The position numbers and the translations under genes are program-made. The notes beneath the pieces are model-generated. The model searched no databases and was not told the origin of the DNA. It saw only the letters and a list, made by a program, of their open reading frames with translations. DNA of 64,000 nucleotides from Opitutales bacterium (GTDB lineage Bacteria > Verrucomicrobiota > Verrucomicrobiia > Opitutales > UBA2987). Positions 50,659-61,744 of this stretch are shown piece after piece. The number at the start of each line of letters is the position of its first letter. Within the stretch, counting starts at the first letter, position 1. The stretch is taken from NCBI GenBank assembly GCA_965226885.1, contig CBDDEL010000016.1:864001-928000 (forward strand), read 5' to 3'.

Positions 50659-51729
50659 ATGATTACGGAAGACATGATTCGCCGAGCTCCCAAAGTCCAA
50701 TTGCACGACCATCTGGACGGTGGTTTGAGGCCGCAAACGGTCATCGACCTGGCCAAAGATATCGACTACAAGGAACTGCCAACAACCGATCCCCAGGCTT
50801 TGGGGGACTGGTTTCATCAAGGGGCCAACAAGGGAAACCTGGTCGAATACCTGGAGGGCTTCGTCCATACCTGCGGGGTCATGCAGACCAAGGATGCCCT
50901 TGTGCGGGTGGCCTACGAAATGATGGAGGATATGCACCGGGACGGGGTCTGCTATATTGAGACTCGCTTCTGCCCGCACCTGCATACGGAACACGGCCTT
51001 TATTCGGAGAAAGTGGTCGGCTATGTTCTTGAAGGGCTGGAAAAGGGAAAAAGAGATTTCGGCGTCGAATACGGGTTGATTATTTGCGGTTTAAGAAACA
51101 TGAGGCGATCGCTCGAAATGGCCGAGTTGGCCGTCAATTTCCGCAAACAGGGGGTGGTCGGTTTCGATCTGGCGGGAGAGGAAGGCGGCTATCCACCCAA
51201 GGAACACCTGGATGCCTTTCAGTTTATCAAAAGGGAAAATTTCAGCATCACGATTCACGCCGGGGAAGCTTTTGGCAAGCAATCCATCTGGCAAGCTATC
51301 CAGTATTGCGGAGCGCACCGGATCGGCCACGCCACCCGCCTGGTGGAAGATTTCGGCTACGACAAGGAGGGCCGGGTCGTTTCCCTGGGACCATTGTCGC
51401 AATATATTCTGGACAAAAGGATTCCCCTTGAGATTTGCCTCCTAAGCAATATTCACACCGGCGCTGTGGATAAAATAGAGAACCATCCCTTCGGAGAGCT
51501 TTTTCGCATCGGATTCAGGGTTTTTCTTAATACGGACGACCGGCTGATGAGCGACACCACCTTGACCAACGAATACCTGATTGCCTCGAAGGTCTTCGGT
51601 CTGGACCTGGATAAAATCGAAAAGCTGACCATAGACGCCATGAAATCCGCCTTTTGCTTCCACAAGGATCGATTGAGAATTATTTATGACACTATCAAAC
51701 CGGGTTTTCAGCAGTTGCGTGAAAAATAA
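50659..51729 (+). CDS. add: Adenosine deaminase
   Basis: Motifs LHDHLDGG, FDLAGEE, TIHAGE, RIGHA and NTDD. Confidence 0.92.
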   Translation: MITEDMIRRAPKVQLHDHLDGGLRPQTVIDLAKDIDYKELPTTDPQALGDWFHQGANKGNLVEYLEGFVHTCGVMQTKDALVRVAYEMMEDMHRDGVCYIETRFCPHLHTEHGLYSEKVVGYVLEGLEKGKRDFGVEYGLIICGLRNMRRSLEMAELAVNFRKQGVVGFDLAGEEGGYPPKEHLDAFQFIKRENFSITIHAGEAFGKQSIWQAIQYCGAHRIGHATRLVEDFGYDKEGRVVSLGPLSQYILDKRIPLEICLLSNIHTGAVDKIENHPFGELFRIGFRVFLNTDDRLMSDTTLTNEYLIASKVFGLDLDKIEKLTIDAMKSAFCFHKDRLRIIYDTIKPGFQQLREK

Positions 51730-51762
51730 ACTGCCAAGCCATAATTTATTTCATACCAAATT

Positions 51763-54357
51763 ATGAGAAAAAAATATTTCCCGATCGTTTTCTTGACTTG
51801 TTTTTTTTCGTTAGCTTCGGCTGCCGTTCTTTTCTCTCAGCCGCAAACGGTTCTGAGCGATGTGCACACCCTACACGCGGTTGAGTCCGACAAATATGCG
51901 GACTTGGCCATGGATGGAAAAAACCGGCTCTGGCTGGCGGCAGTTTCCACGCTCCATAAAAAAGACCGCATAACCGTTCGCCGGTTCGATGGCAATGAGT
52001 GGTTGCCATCCGCCATTCTTTCCTCCGGTCAAGGCGTGGAATCTGCCCCGACGTTGATTGCCGATGCAAAAGGAGACCTCCTCCTTGTCTGGCATGCCCG
52101 GCGGGATGGCAAGTGGAGCCTCTACCAGCGCCGCCGTACCGGAAACGACAATGATTGGCAGGCGGAAAAACAGATCGGGCCAAGTCAGGGGAACGAATTG
52201 CACCCGCAACTGTGCCTTGATCGGAATGGTCGAGTATGGCTCGCTTCGGAAAACTTCGGCGGTTCGCAAATGTCCGTTTATTTGCGTTTCTTGATTGAGG
52301 AAAACGGAAAACGCTCCTGGAGCAGACCGATAGCGGTTTATCCCGACGGGCAGGACCGGCGGCCGGTTTTAGCCTCCAAATCCGGCGGAGGCGTCTGGAT
52401 CGCCTGGGACAGCACACGAACCGGCAACTACGATGTGTTTTTAAGTTCGGCCGATGTGGCCGGAGCCGGAATCGGCAGCAAAGAGGAAATCCATCTTGAA
52501 CCTTTGGTGCAGGTTACGGCCCATGCAACTTTTGACGACACCCCCTCGTTGGCAGCCGATGCGGATTCCGGCGATCTCTGGATAGCCTGGAACTCCATGC
52601 GCGCCCATACAGGCGATACCGTGCGCACGGATCGTCATTTAGGCGATGCTTTTGTCCGCCTTTACCGCAACGGGCAATGGCTGGCGCCTCCGGAAGTGGT
52701 TCCCGATGCCCTCCCCGGACAGGCGAGTTTTGGCGCCGTCAACAAATCGCCCCATGCCGCCGTGCCGCCCAAATGGCATTGGAAGCAAACTCAAAGCTAC
52801 CCGCGCGTTGTCTTGGATGAAGGGCGAAGGCTCTGGGTAATTTGGCGGACGGACGCTACGGGGGCTCACAACTTCGACCTTTTTGCCCGTGTCTATGACA
52901 ATTCATCCTGGTCGCAGGAACTTAATATAACCAGGCCGTATCTGGGAAAAGACCAGTGGCCGGCCTTTGTTCTGGACCGGAAAAAAACACTGTGGATGGC
53001 CTGGGAAGGCCAGGCCGAACCCCTCGACCCGAGTTCGCGCCCGAGCAAGGGCGATGTGGATATTTTCAACACAAAAGACCTCCCCAACAACCTGTTTGCG
53101 GGGAAATTAACCAGCCCTCCATCTGGCGTAGATTGGCTCTACGCGCCATTGAAGGCCGCTCCACCCGAAATAAATGATCCCTCCATGTCCCTGGAGCCTC
53201 CCATTCCCGGCCCGCCGCCCGGGGAGGTGAGAACTTCGGATGGTCAGTACGGCATTTATTTCGGCGATCCGCACAGCCATTCGGTTCTTTCCGATGCTAA
53301 AATCGGGTGGCCCGATCAGATCCTCACATTGGGCCGGGATAAATATGGCCTGGATTTCGCAGTGGTTACGGATCATTCTGAAATGGGCCGTTTGCAAACC
53401 GGCCAATATGGAGAATTGCAGCTTCTGGCCAAAGTATTTACGGATCCTGGAAAATTTATAAGTTTTACCGGTTTCGAATGGACCGACGGTACTCAGAAAT
53501 ACGGTCACCGGGTGATTTTGTATAAGCAGGATGTAGCCCCGCATTACGGAACCAACGAACCGGGCGCCGACACCATTGAAGAACTTTACGATCAAGCCCG
53601 CGAGCATGACGGCATTATGTCCACCCACCATCCCGGGCAAGCCCGCTGGGGACGCTGGAACCCCGACAATCACGATCCCGAGGTGGAGCCCAATTTCGAG
53701 ATCGCCTCCTGGCATGGCCGCTTCGAGTATTACAGCAACCCCTGGCAAGGACGCCGCCAGGTACCCGGACACCAGTATCAGGATGCCTTGCGAAGGGGTT
53801 ACAGGGTCGGCGTCATGGGCGCCAGCGACACCCACCATCTGATTCCCGGTCAGGGAGGCTTAACCGCAGTATTGGCCGAAAAGCTGGATCGGGAATCCAT
53901 TTTCGAGGCGGTGCGCAGCCGCCGCATCTATGCGACCAGCGGCGAGAAGATCGTCCTCGAGTTTTCCATCAACGGTCAGCCCATGGGTTCGGAATTGGCC
54001 GGGGTTAACCGTTTGCGCTTAAAAGTTACCGTAAAGGGGACCGATGCCATCGACCGGATTGAAATCGTAAAAGATTTGATCGATACCTTTGCCGCCGTTC
54101 GTGTGGAGCAGAATCCCGATAACGCGGAAGGAGCCTTTGTGCTTTACGATGCGGCCAAACCAGCGGGCGGGGAACTCCTGCCATTGGCGGATACCAGCCG
54201 TTTAAACTTTGCCATGCAGGACGAGATAACCGATTCCGAAATACACAGCTACTATTTGCGCGTGACCCAAGACAATGCGGAGCAAGCCTGGTCCAGCCCT
54301 ATCTGGGTGACGGCTCAGCCTGAGATGCCTCCGCAAGTCAGAAGATTGGGCAATTAA
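51763..54357 (+). CDS. Secreted beta-propeller plus PHP-like (CehA/McbA/DUF3604-type) metallohydrolase
   Basis: Signal peptide and repeated P.L..D..G.LW.AW blades, then GDPHSHS..SD, VTDH, GASDTH and C-terminal AWSSPIWV. Confidence 0.8.
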   Translation: MRKKYFPIVFLTCFFSLASAAVLFSQPQTVLSDVHTLHAVESDKYADLAMDGKNRLWLAAVSTLHKKDRITVRRFDGNEWLPSAILSSGQGVESAPTLIADAKGDLLLVWHARRDGKWSLYQRRRTGNDNDWQAEKQIGPSQGNELHPQLCLDRNGRVWLASENFGGSQMSVYLRFLIEENGKRSWSRPIAVYPDGQDRRPVLASKSGGGVWIAWDSTRTGNYDVFLSSADVAGAGIGSKEEIHLEPLVQVTAHATFDDTPSLAADADSGDLWIAWNSMRAHTGDTVRTDRHLGDAFVRLYRNGQWLAPPEVVPDALPGQASFGAVNKSPHAAVPPKWHWKQTQSYPRVVLDEGRRLWVIWRTDATGAHNFDLFARVYDNSSWSQELNITRPYLGKDQWPAFVLDRKKTLWMAWEGQAEPLDPSSRPSKGDVDIFNTKDLPNNLFAGKLTSPPSGVDWLYAPLKAAPPEINDPSMSLEPPIPGPPPGEVRTSDGQYGIYFGDPHSHSVLSDAKIGWPDQILTLGRDKYGLDFAVVTDHSEMGRLQTGQYGELQLLAKVFTDPGKFISFTGFEWTDGTQKYGHRVILYKQDVAPHYGTNEPGADTIEELYDQAREHDGIMSTHHPGQARWGRWNPDNHDPEVEPNFEIASWHGRFEYYSNPWQGRRQVPGHQYQDALRRGYRVGVMGASDTHHLIPGQGGLTAVLAEKLDRESIFEAVRSRRIYATSGEKIVLEFSINGQPMGSELAGVNRLRLKVTVKGTDAIDRIEIVKDLIDTFAAVRVEQNPDNAEGAFVLYDAAKPAGGELLPLADTSRLNFAMQDEITDSEIHSYYLRVTQDNAEQAWSSPIWVTAQPEMPPQVRRLGN

Positions 54358-57300
54358 ACGGTGCTATCGGCCGTGATCATATCGGGCGGCACGGTGGAAA
54401 GGCCTTCCATTATGGTGGAAAGGCCTTCTTTCGCCTTCAGCAAAGTGTCCTGGTGGAGGGACTTCATGCCGGTCTGCATGGCAATGCGTTTCAACACGGC
54501 CGTTTCCACTTTCTGGTTGATACCCTTGGTTAATTCCTCGCTGTTGGTCATCAACTCATGAACGCCGACACGGCCTTTGTAGCCGATGCCTCCGCACATG
54601 GGGCAACCCCCTCCCTCTGGCACACGATATATTTCGCCGCACCAGCCCTCAAGGGCTTTTTCAATGATTTCTTTTTCACTGTCAACCGGGGTGTAAGCCT
54701 CTTTGCAGTTTTTACAGACCCGGCGCATGAGGCGCTGAGCGCAAACCACCAGCAGGGAAGCTGAGATCATAAACGGTTCGATGCCCATGTCATCGAATCG
54801 GGCGATGGTGCTGGGGGCATCATTGGTATGCAGGGTGCTCAGCATCAAGTGGCCCGTGAGGGCTGCCTCGATAGCGATTTCGGCCGTCTCCTGGTCACGA
54901 ATTTCCCCCACCAGAATAACGTCCGGGTCCATGCGGAGATAACAACGCAGGGCGGCCGCAAAGGTGAGGCCGATCTCTTTTTTCATTTGCATCTGGTTGA
55001 TGCCGGAAAGGGTGTACTCGATCGGGTCTTCGGCCGTTTGCACATTGATTCCCGGGTGAGCCACTTCGCCCAAGGCCGCGAACAAGGTCATCGATTTGCC
55101 CGAACCGGTCGGGCCACAGTGCAGCAGCATTCCGTAGGGCAAGGTTATTTGCTTGCGGTAGCGGGTCAGGTTTTCTTCGGAAAATCCCAGTGCCGTAATG
55201 GGCAGGGTCGATTTGCCTTTGTCAAGAATACGCATGACAACCTTTTCCCCGAAATTCATCGGGCCGGTGGCCACACGAAGGTCGATGTTCATATTCTTTT
55301 TGGTGAATTTCTTAAATACAATACGCCCATCCTGGGGCAGCCGTTTTTCCGCGATATCCAGATCGGCCATGATTTTGAGACGCGCCACCAAACCTCCGCC
55401 CACCTGTTTGGGCAATCTAAGCTTTTCCGCGCAAATGCCGTCCACGCGGTAGCGAATGAGCAAATCGTTTTCCTGCGGCTCAATGTGAATATCACTGGCG
55501 CCGCAGATATAGGCATCCTCGACAATCCGGTTGGCCATTTGAATGATAGGGGCCGACTCTTCGTCATCCGCATCTTCAGCGCTGATTCCCCCGACCTCAC
55601 CTCCGGTGTCGTATTCAGCGCCCAGCACATCGACCAGTTCCGACATATCCCCTTCTTCAACGACGGGGGCGGAGGTATCCTCCTTGAAATACTTTTTCAT
55701 CAGGGTTTCGACCAAAGAAGCGGGCGCCACTGCGATTTCATCGACCTGCAAATCGGTGGCGACGAAAAAGCTCTCCCGTCTCTGGTAATCAAGAGGGTTG
55801 GGCATGAGAACCGCCACACTGGTAGGTGTAATCCGCTTGTAGGGGAAAATGCCTTCGCGCCGGATAATGGCATCGCCCACCACTTTGATGTGCACTGGAA
55901 AAAGTGGACACGAGATTCTCCTAAATGGAGAATCGAAGCATGGGAAGAAGACGCTTTAGTATAGAGTTCAAAAATGAGGCAGTTCAACTGATGATACTCG
56001 ATGGTCTGAGCGCCACCGAGGTATCGACCAAACTTGGGGTCAACACCAACCAATTGTATAGGTGGAAGAGGCTCTATCTGGACGATCAGCAGGGCGAAGC
56101 CACCTCAAAGCGACAGAGCAGTCCGAAGGAGATGGCGGCCGAGATAGATCGTCTTCGCAAAGAGCTGCGCCGCTCGGAGCGGATCAACCAGATACTAAAA
56201 AAAACGGTGGGCTACTTTGCCAAGGACGAACAATGAAGTACCAGTTTGTCAAAGACAACGAGGGGCGCTTCAAGATCGAGGAAATATGCTCGGCGATGGG
56301 GATTTGTCGCAGTGGCTATTACTGCTGGAGGCACCGAGCGCCCTCGGCCCGGCGGATCGAGGACGAGGGAATCAAGGGGGCGATCCTGAAGGTACACAAA
56401 GAGGCCAAGGGCCGCTATGGGCATCGGCCAATGCACCGCCATCTGAAGGATGATGAGGGCATCGATTGCGGCCGTGACCGGGCTCTGCGTCTGATGCGTG
56501 AAATGGGAATCAAAAGCACCCAGAGTAAACGCTTTAAGCCATTAAAAACCAACAGTAACCATCCCTATGGTTACAGCCCCAATGTGCTTAAAAAGCATGG
56601 CCAGCCGACCCATATCGACGAGGTCTGGGTGGCGGACACGACCTACCTACGGACCCTGGCCGGTTGGATGTACTTGGCCACGGTGATGGACCTGTTCAGC
56701 CGACGCCTGCTGGGCTGGAGCGTTTCCAACCACAACGACGCGAAGCTGGTTGGCAAGGCCCTCAAAGCCGCGGCCATGACCCGCGGCACACTGCGCACCG
56801 GGATTATTCATCACAGCGATCGGGGCAGCCCCTACGCCAGCGACGACTATCAGAGGCTGGTCTCTGAACTAGGCATGAAGCCGAGCATGAGCGCCCAAGG
56901 CAACTGCTACGACAACGCGGCCATGGAATCGTTCTACGGCCGCTTCAAGACCAGCACGATTCGAGGCCGCCACTTTGCCGACGAGCGCGAACTGCGATCA
57001 ACTGTCTTCGAATACGTGGAAATCTTCTACAACCGATATCGCAAACATTCCTCTCTGAGTTACCAAAGCCCAGTCCAATTCGAGGAAAATATTTGCCCCC
57101 CATGGGGGGCAACGAGAAAACAAAACCCTTTACCAAAACAAGCCGCCTGACACACTAATCAATAAACAATGAATATAAGAGAATCCCGTGTCCAACAAAT
57201 CCAGTACACGTCATTCAAGGGAACCGTGAGCATGGATGAAACCTCAAAACCAGTGTCTTTGGCCATAGAGAACATAGCGTCGCCATCTTGCGAAAGGCTG

Positions 57301-57638
57301 AAAAATACTGCCTCCCCGTCCTCAATGACCTTACCCACAACCCCGGAGCCGAGCGGGATCTTCAACTCCAACAATACCTCCCTTTTGGTTTCAAATTCAT
57401 CCTCCCGTTCGGGGGCATCATCCCAGAGGGTCGGAGAATAGTAAACGTGTTTGAAAGCGATCTCTTTTCCCTCGATCAAATAAAGCGTCATGGATTGCGC
57501 ATGAAGCGTCTCTACCACCTTGCTGGAAGTCAGCTCAATGACCGAGCTTACGTCCTCCCTGCTGGGTTGAGGTTTTGATATAACTTTGAGTAGAAGGGTT
57601 CTACGAAGTGTTCCTGAAATGCCCTATGTTGCGATCAT
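54354..57638 (-). pseudogene. GAF-domain GspE/PilB-type ATPase disrupted by IS3 copy B and a nonsense codon
   Basis: The C-terminal part has [29 protein letters not shown] and AALTGHL. The N-terminal part (57214-57638) is GAF-like, with a GAGGA RBS, ATG at 57638 and TAG at codon 5. Confidence 0.85.
55886..57213 (+). mobile_element. IS3-family insertion sequence, copy B (OrfA 55925-56236, OrfB 56233-57150)
   Basis: Same 1328-bp length and ends as copy A. One substitution seen (56308 C vs 6695 T). No 3-bp TSD. Confidence 0.96.
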
Positions 57639-57865
57639 AGTTGAGTCCTCGAATTGCGGGTAAATTATGGTTACATCGCCTTCATCAGTCCGATCAAATT
57701 TGGCGGGGCTCTTCCTCCGAGAAGAGTTGCCAATTAGTTACTAAGTAAATCATTCTAATAAATCCACGCATATTTCAACCATAAAAACTGCGCCAGATTC
57801 CGCTTCTGGGTTTTTTACAATTTTGTAAATTGATAAATTTCAGCATCATTAATTTATTTGCGGGT

Positions 57866-58285
57866 ATGTTTAAGAAAAAAGACCTCTTTTTGAAATCCCG
57901 TCCCCAAATTGGAGCTTTTGGAGAGGAAAGGGTTGCCCGGCATATCAAGACCCAATTGAAGATGCGCATTGTTTGCCGCAATTGGAGGGGAAAAAAGGGG
58001 GAGATCGACATAATTGCATGGGACGGACCCGTAATGGTCTTCATCGAAGTGCGCACCCGCCATAAACGCGCGCTGGTTCCAGGCTATCAAAGCGTAAGAC
58101 GAAAAAAGAAACGAGCCCTGCATACGGTTTGCAAGGAGTACCTGGAGTCGTTAAGGACGCCACCGAAAGTTTTCCGTTTCGACATTGGCGAGGTTCGGTT
58201 TTGCCATAGCGAAGATTTTACTATCAACTATTATTCAAATATTCCCCTCTTTTCCCGCCATTATCGAGCCGGATTTAAAAACTGA
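57866..58285 (+). CDS. yraN: YraN-family (UPF0102) nuclease-like protein
   Basis: Motifs GAFGE, RNWRGKKGEIDIIA, FIEVRTR and RFD. Confidence 0.88.
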   Translation: MFKKKDLFLKSRPQIGAFGEERVARHIKTQLKMRIVCRNWRGKKGEIDIIAWDGPVMVFIEVRTRHKRALVPGYQSVRRKKKRALHTVCKEYLESLRTPPKVFRFDIGEVRFCHSEDFTINYYSNIPLFSRHYRAGFKN

Positions 58286-59835
58286 TGACTGAAGAAAAAG
58301 CGCGGCATCCATTTTTAGAGGGCCTCAGCCGGCATCGCGGCGCCCCACCCACAATTATTGTCATTTTTGGCGCTTCCGGCGACCTTATGCGGCGCAAACT
58401 GATGCCCAGCCTCTACAACCTTTGCGTCGATAATTTGCTCCCGGTGGATTTTCTCCTCATCGGCTGCGGGCGCAAGCCTTTGAGCGACGACCGGTTCCGG
58501 CAATTCGCCCGGGAGGCCGTGGCCGAACATGCCAGAAATCCTCTTATCGAGGATAGCTGGAATCCATTGGCCGAAAAAATATACTATCAGACCGGCAACT
58601 ACGACGACCCGGAAACCTACCAGGCCATTGCTCAAAAAATTGAAACCCTCGAACAAAAGACTTCCCGCCGATATCACTTGTTGTTTTACATTTCCACCCC
58701 GCCATCGGTTTTCAAACCGATCCTGGAAAATCTTGGCCGCAGCGGGCTCTCCCGCGAGTCCGGCCCCTATGGGCGCAGCGCCGCTGTAATCGTGGAAAAA
58801 CCCTTTGGTCGCGATTTGGCTTCCGCCCGGGAATTGAATAAAGTCATCACCAGAGAGTTTGCCGAAAAGCAGGTCTATCGCATCGATCACTATCTGGGCA
58901 AAGAAACCGTGCAGGATTTACTAGTACAGCGATTCGCCAACTCCATCTTCGAGCCCATCTGGAACCGACGCTACGTCGATTGTGTGCAAATAACGGTGGC
59001 CGAAGATATTGGCGTGGGGGAGCGGGCGGGATACTACGATCAAAGCGGGGCCCTCCGCGATATGATACAAAATCATACCATGCAACTGCTTGCTCTCACC
59101 GCCATGGAGCCGCCAGTTTCCCTCCAGGCCGAGGCCATCCGGGACGAAAAGGTAAAAGTGCTCCAGGCCATTCAACCCCTCAAATTAAGCGCCGATGGCG
59201 GCGAAGCGGTGCGGGCCCAATTTACCGAAGGGATTGTCGGCGGGCGCAAGGTGAACGCTTATAGGCAGGCCCCGGGTGTACCCCCCACCTCATTTACCGA
59301 GTCCTATGCCGCCCTCCGGCTATTTATCAACAACTGGCGCTGGCAGGGCGTCCCATTTTACCTTCGTTCGGGCAAGCGTATGGCTCGCAAAGTGAGCGAA
59401 ATAAGCGTCCACTTCAAACGACCTCCGGGCGTTCTGTTCACCGAGGAGGACAAGTTCGATGTGGCCGCCAACACCATGGTTATCCGCATTCAGCCCGATG
59501 AAGGGGTCATGCTCTTGCTCAACTCGAAAATACCCGGTCTGGAAACACGCACCCAGCCGGTGAAAATGCATTTTCGTTATGCCGCCACTTACGGCTCAAA
59601 TACGCCCGAGGCCTATGAACGGCTCCTCCTTGATGCCATCACAGGAGACGCCACCCTTTTTATTCGCGGCGATGAAACAGAAGCCTCCTGGAAGATCATG
59701 ACGCCCATTCTGGAATACTGGCAGGAATGCCGTAAAAGAGGACTGGAAACCTACGTGGCCGGCTCCTGGGGACCCCTTGCGGCGGAACGTCTTCTTTGGG
59801 ACTACGGGCACCAATGGCGGCGTTCGGGTTTCTGA
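58285..59835 (+). CDS. zwf: Glucose-6-phosphate 1-dehydrogenase
   Basis: Motifs FGASGDL, EKPFG, RIDHYLGKE and RDMIQNH. Confidence 0.97.
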   Translation: MTEEKARHPFLEGLSRHRGAPPTIIVIFGASGDLMRRKLMPSLYNLCVDNLLPVDFLLIGCGRKPLSDDRFRQFAREAVAEHARNPLIEDSWNPLAEKIYYQTGNYDDPETYQAIAQKIETLEQKTSRRYHLLFYISTPPSVFKPILENLGRSGLSRESGPYGRSAAVIVEKPFGRDLASARELNKVITREFAEKQVYRIDHYLGKETVQDLLVQRFANSIFEPIWNRRYVDCVQITVAEDIGVGERAGYYDQSGALRDMIQNHTMQLLALTAMEPPVSLQAEAIRDEKVKVLQAIQPLKLSADGGEAVRAQFTEGIVGGRKVNAYRQAPGVPPTSFTESYAALRLFINNWRWQGVPFYLRSGKRMARKVSEISVHFKRPPGVLFTEEDKFDVAANTMVIRIQPDEGVMLLLNSKIPGLETRTQPVKMHFRYAATYGSNTPEAYERLLLDAITGDATLFIRGDETEASWKIMTPILEYWQECRKRGLETYVAGSWGPLAAERLLWDYGHQWRRSGF

Positions 59836-59883
59836 TTTTTTGCTCACGCTGTTCAAATTTGATCGGAAAAATGGAAAACTAAC

Positions 59884-60888
59884 ATGGAAGCCTTAATCGA
59901 CATCATGCCGGGCATGAGAATGCCGGTGGCGGAAGTCATTCCGACTTTGGCTCAAATGTGGCGCTCGGATCAGCCCGCAGATATAGAAAATCCTGTCGCA
60001 TTCCATGCCTCCAAGGTAAATTTAATTCTGCACTTCGGGCTGGAAACCTCTGGTCAAGAAGCTTTGCGGATTTTCGACATAGCCTGTCGGTTTGCCATTA
60101 ATCACCCCTCCCGGATTATTGTCCTGTGCCCCGTTGAATCGTATCGCGGGGAAGAAATCCTCCAGGGGAAGCTCTTCAGTCAATGTTTCCTCGGCCCCGG
60201 AAAAGGAAATGTATCCTGCTGCGATGCGCTCATTCTCGGTTATCCTACCACCGAATCGGGCTTTCTGGAAGACCTGGTATCGATTTGGCTCGACAGCGAT
60301 CTGCCCACCTATCTGTGGTTTCACCGGGTTCCAGTGCGGGCCATCAATGAATATTACCTCTCCTTTGTCGAAGATTTCCGCCGTGTGGTTTTCGACACTT
60401 CCATCGAGCTTGACAGCTACGACCGTATTAACTGGCCCGCCCTGGTTTACCCCAAAGATCTGGCCTATGTGCGCACTCTGCCCTTCCGTCAATCCATGGG
60501 CCAGTTTTTGAGCCGGTTTGAACCGGCCACCCTTGTCGATGGGCTCCGTGCGGTAGTCATTCAGCACAAACCTGCCTTGGAGGGAGAGGCGGGGGGGGTT
60601 CTACGCTGGCAAAGTTCCTGCCTGGATGCCTGCGGTTTCCAATTGGCGGGGAAAAACTCCACCCATGAAAAATCCTTCGTCTGCGATCTTCTGGAGGAAG
60701 AAGACCCCAATCAGTTGCAAGTTAACTGGGTTTATCAGGATGAGAAGAAGTTTTTTTCCTGGCGTTATTCATCTCAGGACAATACGGCCCGCATTGAGGC
60801 CGAATTTGGGTCAGGCGGGCATGATCTGCACACACCCCTGAATCTCCTCAAACAGGAAGCAGTTCTTGCCGAGGCGCTCTTTTTTTAG
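59884..60888 (+). CDS. opcA: OpcA-like G6PD assembly/allosteric protein
   Basis: Directly follows zwf. Motifs HPSRIIVL, SDLPTYLW, VVFDT and DLAY.R..PFR. Confidence 0.8.
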   Translation: MEALIDIMPGMRMPVAEVIPTLAQMWRSDQPADIENPVAFHASKVNLILHFGLETSGQEALRIFDIACRFAINHPSRIIVLCPVESYRGEEILQGKLFSQCFLGPGKGNVSCCDALILGYPTTESGFLEDLVSIWLDSDLPTYLWFHRVPVRAINEYYLSFVEDFRRVVFDTSIELDSYDRINWPALVYPKDLAYVRTLPFRQSMGQFLSRFEPATLVDGLRAVVIQHKPALEGEAGGVLRWQSSCLDACGFQLAGKNSTHEKSFVCDLLEEEDPNQLQVNWVYQDEKKFFSWRYSSQDNTARIEAEFGSGGHDLHTPLNLLKQEAVLAEALFF

Positions 60889-61016
60889 TCGGGCAATGGG
60901 CCTGGAGCTTTCCTCCAACAGGTTTTCACAAAGTGAGCCTAAATTTCTATTTGGTTTGACCGACTTCTTTTTTAACTTCGAACAGGCGGAGTCATTCAAT
61001 TTTCAGGAATCGCACA

Positions 61017-61316
61017 ATGAACGAATCTTCTACCATTGCCCTAAATTTCAGCACCACCGAAGCCAAGGAATTGTTACCCTTGGTAGAGACTTTGCTTAAA
61101 AATAACACCAGCGGTGGTGAAGACTACCAGGATGAGGAATTGATTACCCGCTGCTTGTGGGAAAACGACCCTGAAACCTACCCCGAGCGCAAGCGGGAAT
61201 ACCACGCTTTATACGGCAGAGTCACTTTTGCCGAGGCCGAGAGGGAATACCGCTACCTTTCCTTTATGGCAAAGGTTTACTGGAAACTGCTCATCGCCTC
61301 CCGCTGCCAGGATTGA
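61017..61316 (+). CDS. Hypothetical protein
   Basis: 99-aa ORF with an AGGA RBS that fills the intergenic gap. No recognised motif. Confidence 0.45.
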   Translation: MNESSTIALNFSTTEAKELLPLVETLLKNNTSGGEDYQDEELITRCLWENDPETYPERKREYHALYGRVTFAEAEREYRYLSFMAKVYWKLLIASRCQD

Positions 61317-61378
61317 ATGCCGAAACAAGGGCCTAGGGCTCAAGAGCCAACTTCAGCGTTCTTATTAAAATATCAGGC

Positions 61379-61609
61379 CTAAGCCTTATTAATTTTGCCG
61401 GCCTTGATGGCCTTGGTGCAGACCCACAACCTCTTCACCTGCCCGCTGGCCAGGCGAACCCGCACACGCTGTAAATTGGGTCTGAAAGTCCGCTTAACCA
61501 CCTTGGTTACGTGCATGCCGATGCCGCCTCTCTTTTTAGCCTGCCCCTTGCGATGGATACGGCTGCCCCGATGGGGGCGTTTACCTGTTATTGCGCATAT
61601 TCTGGCCAT
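61379..61609 (-). CDS. rpmB: 50S ribosomal protein L28
   Basis: MARICAITGK...KRTFRPNLQ...KAGKI. Confidence 0.95.
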   Translation of the reverse strand: MARICAITGKRPHRGSRIHRKGQAKKRGGIGMHVTKVVKRTFRPNLQRVRVRLASGQVKRLWVCTKAIKAGKINKA

Positions 61610-61744
61610 TGACGTGTCCTTTATATAAGTGGAAAAGGGCTGGAATTTACGTTTTCCCCAAACCTTGGCAAGCTTTTTATATATGAGAGTTTTCAGGTGC
61701 CAGAGCCCGGCACATTTTGGCCTCTGTCTCCTGTCATCTGTCTT

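Noticed and set aside
55700..56053. ORF crossing the IS3 end, and the 513-aa ORF start at 55895
   Set aside because: These are chimeras of IS terminal sequence and flanking DNA, not native starts.
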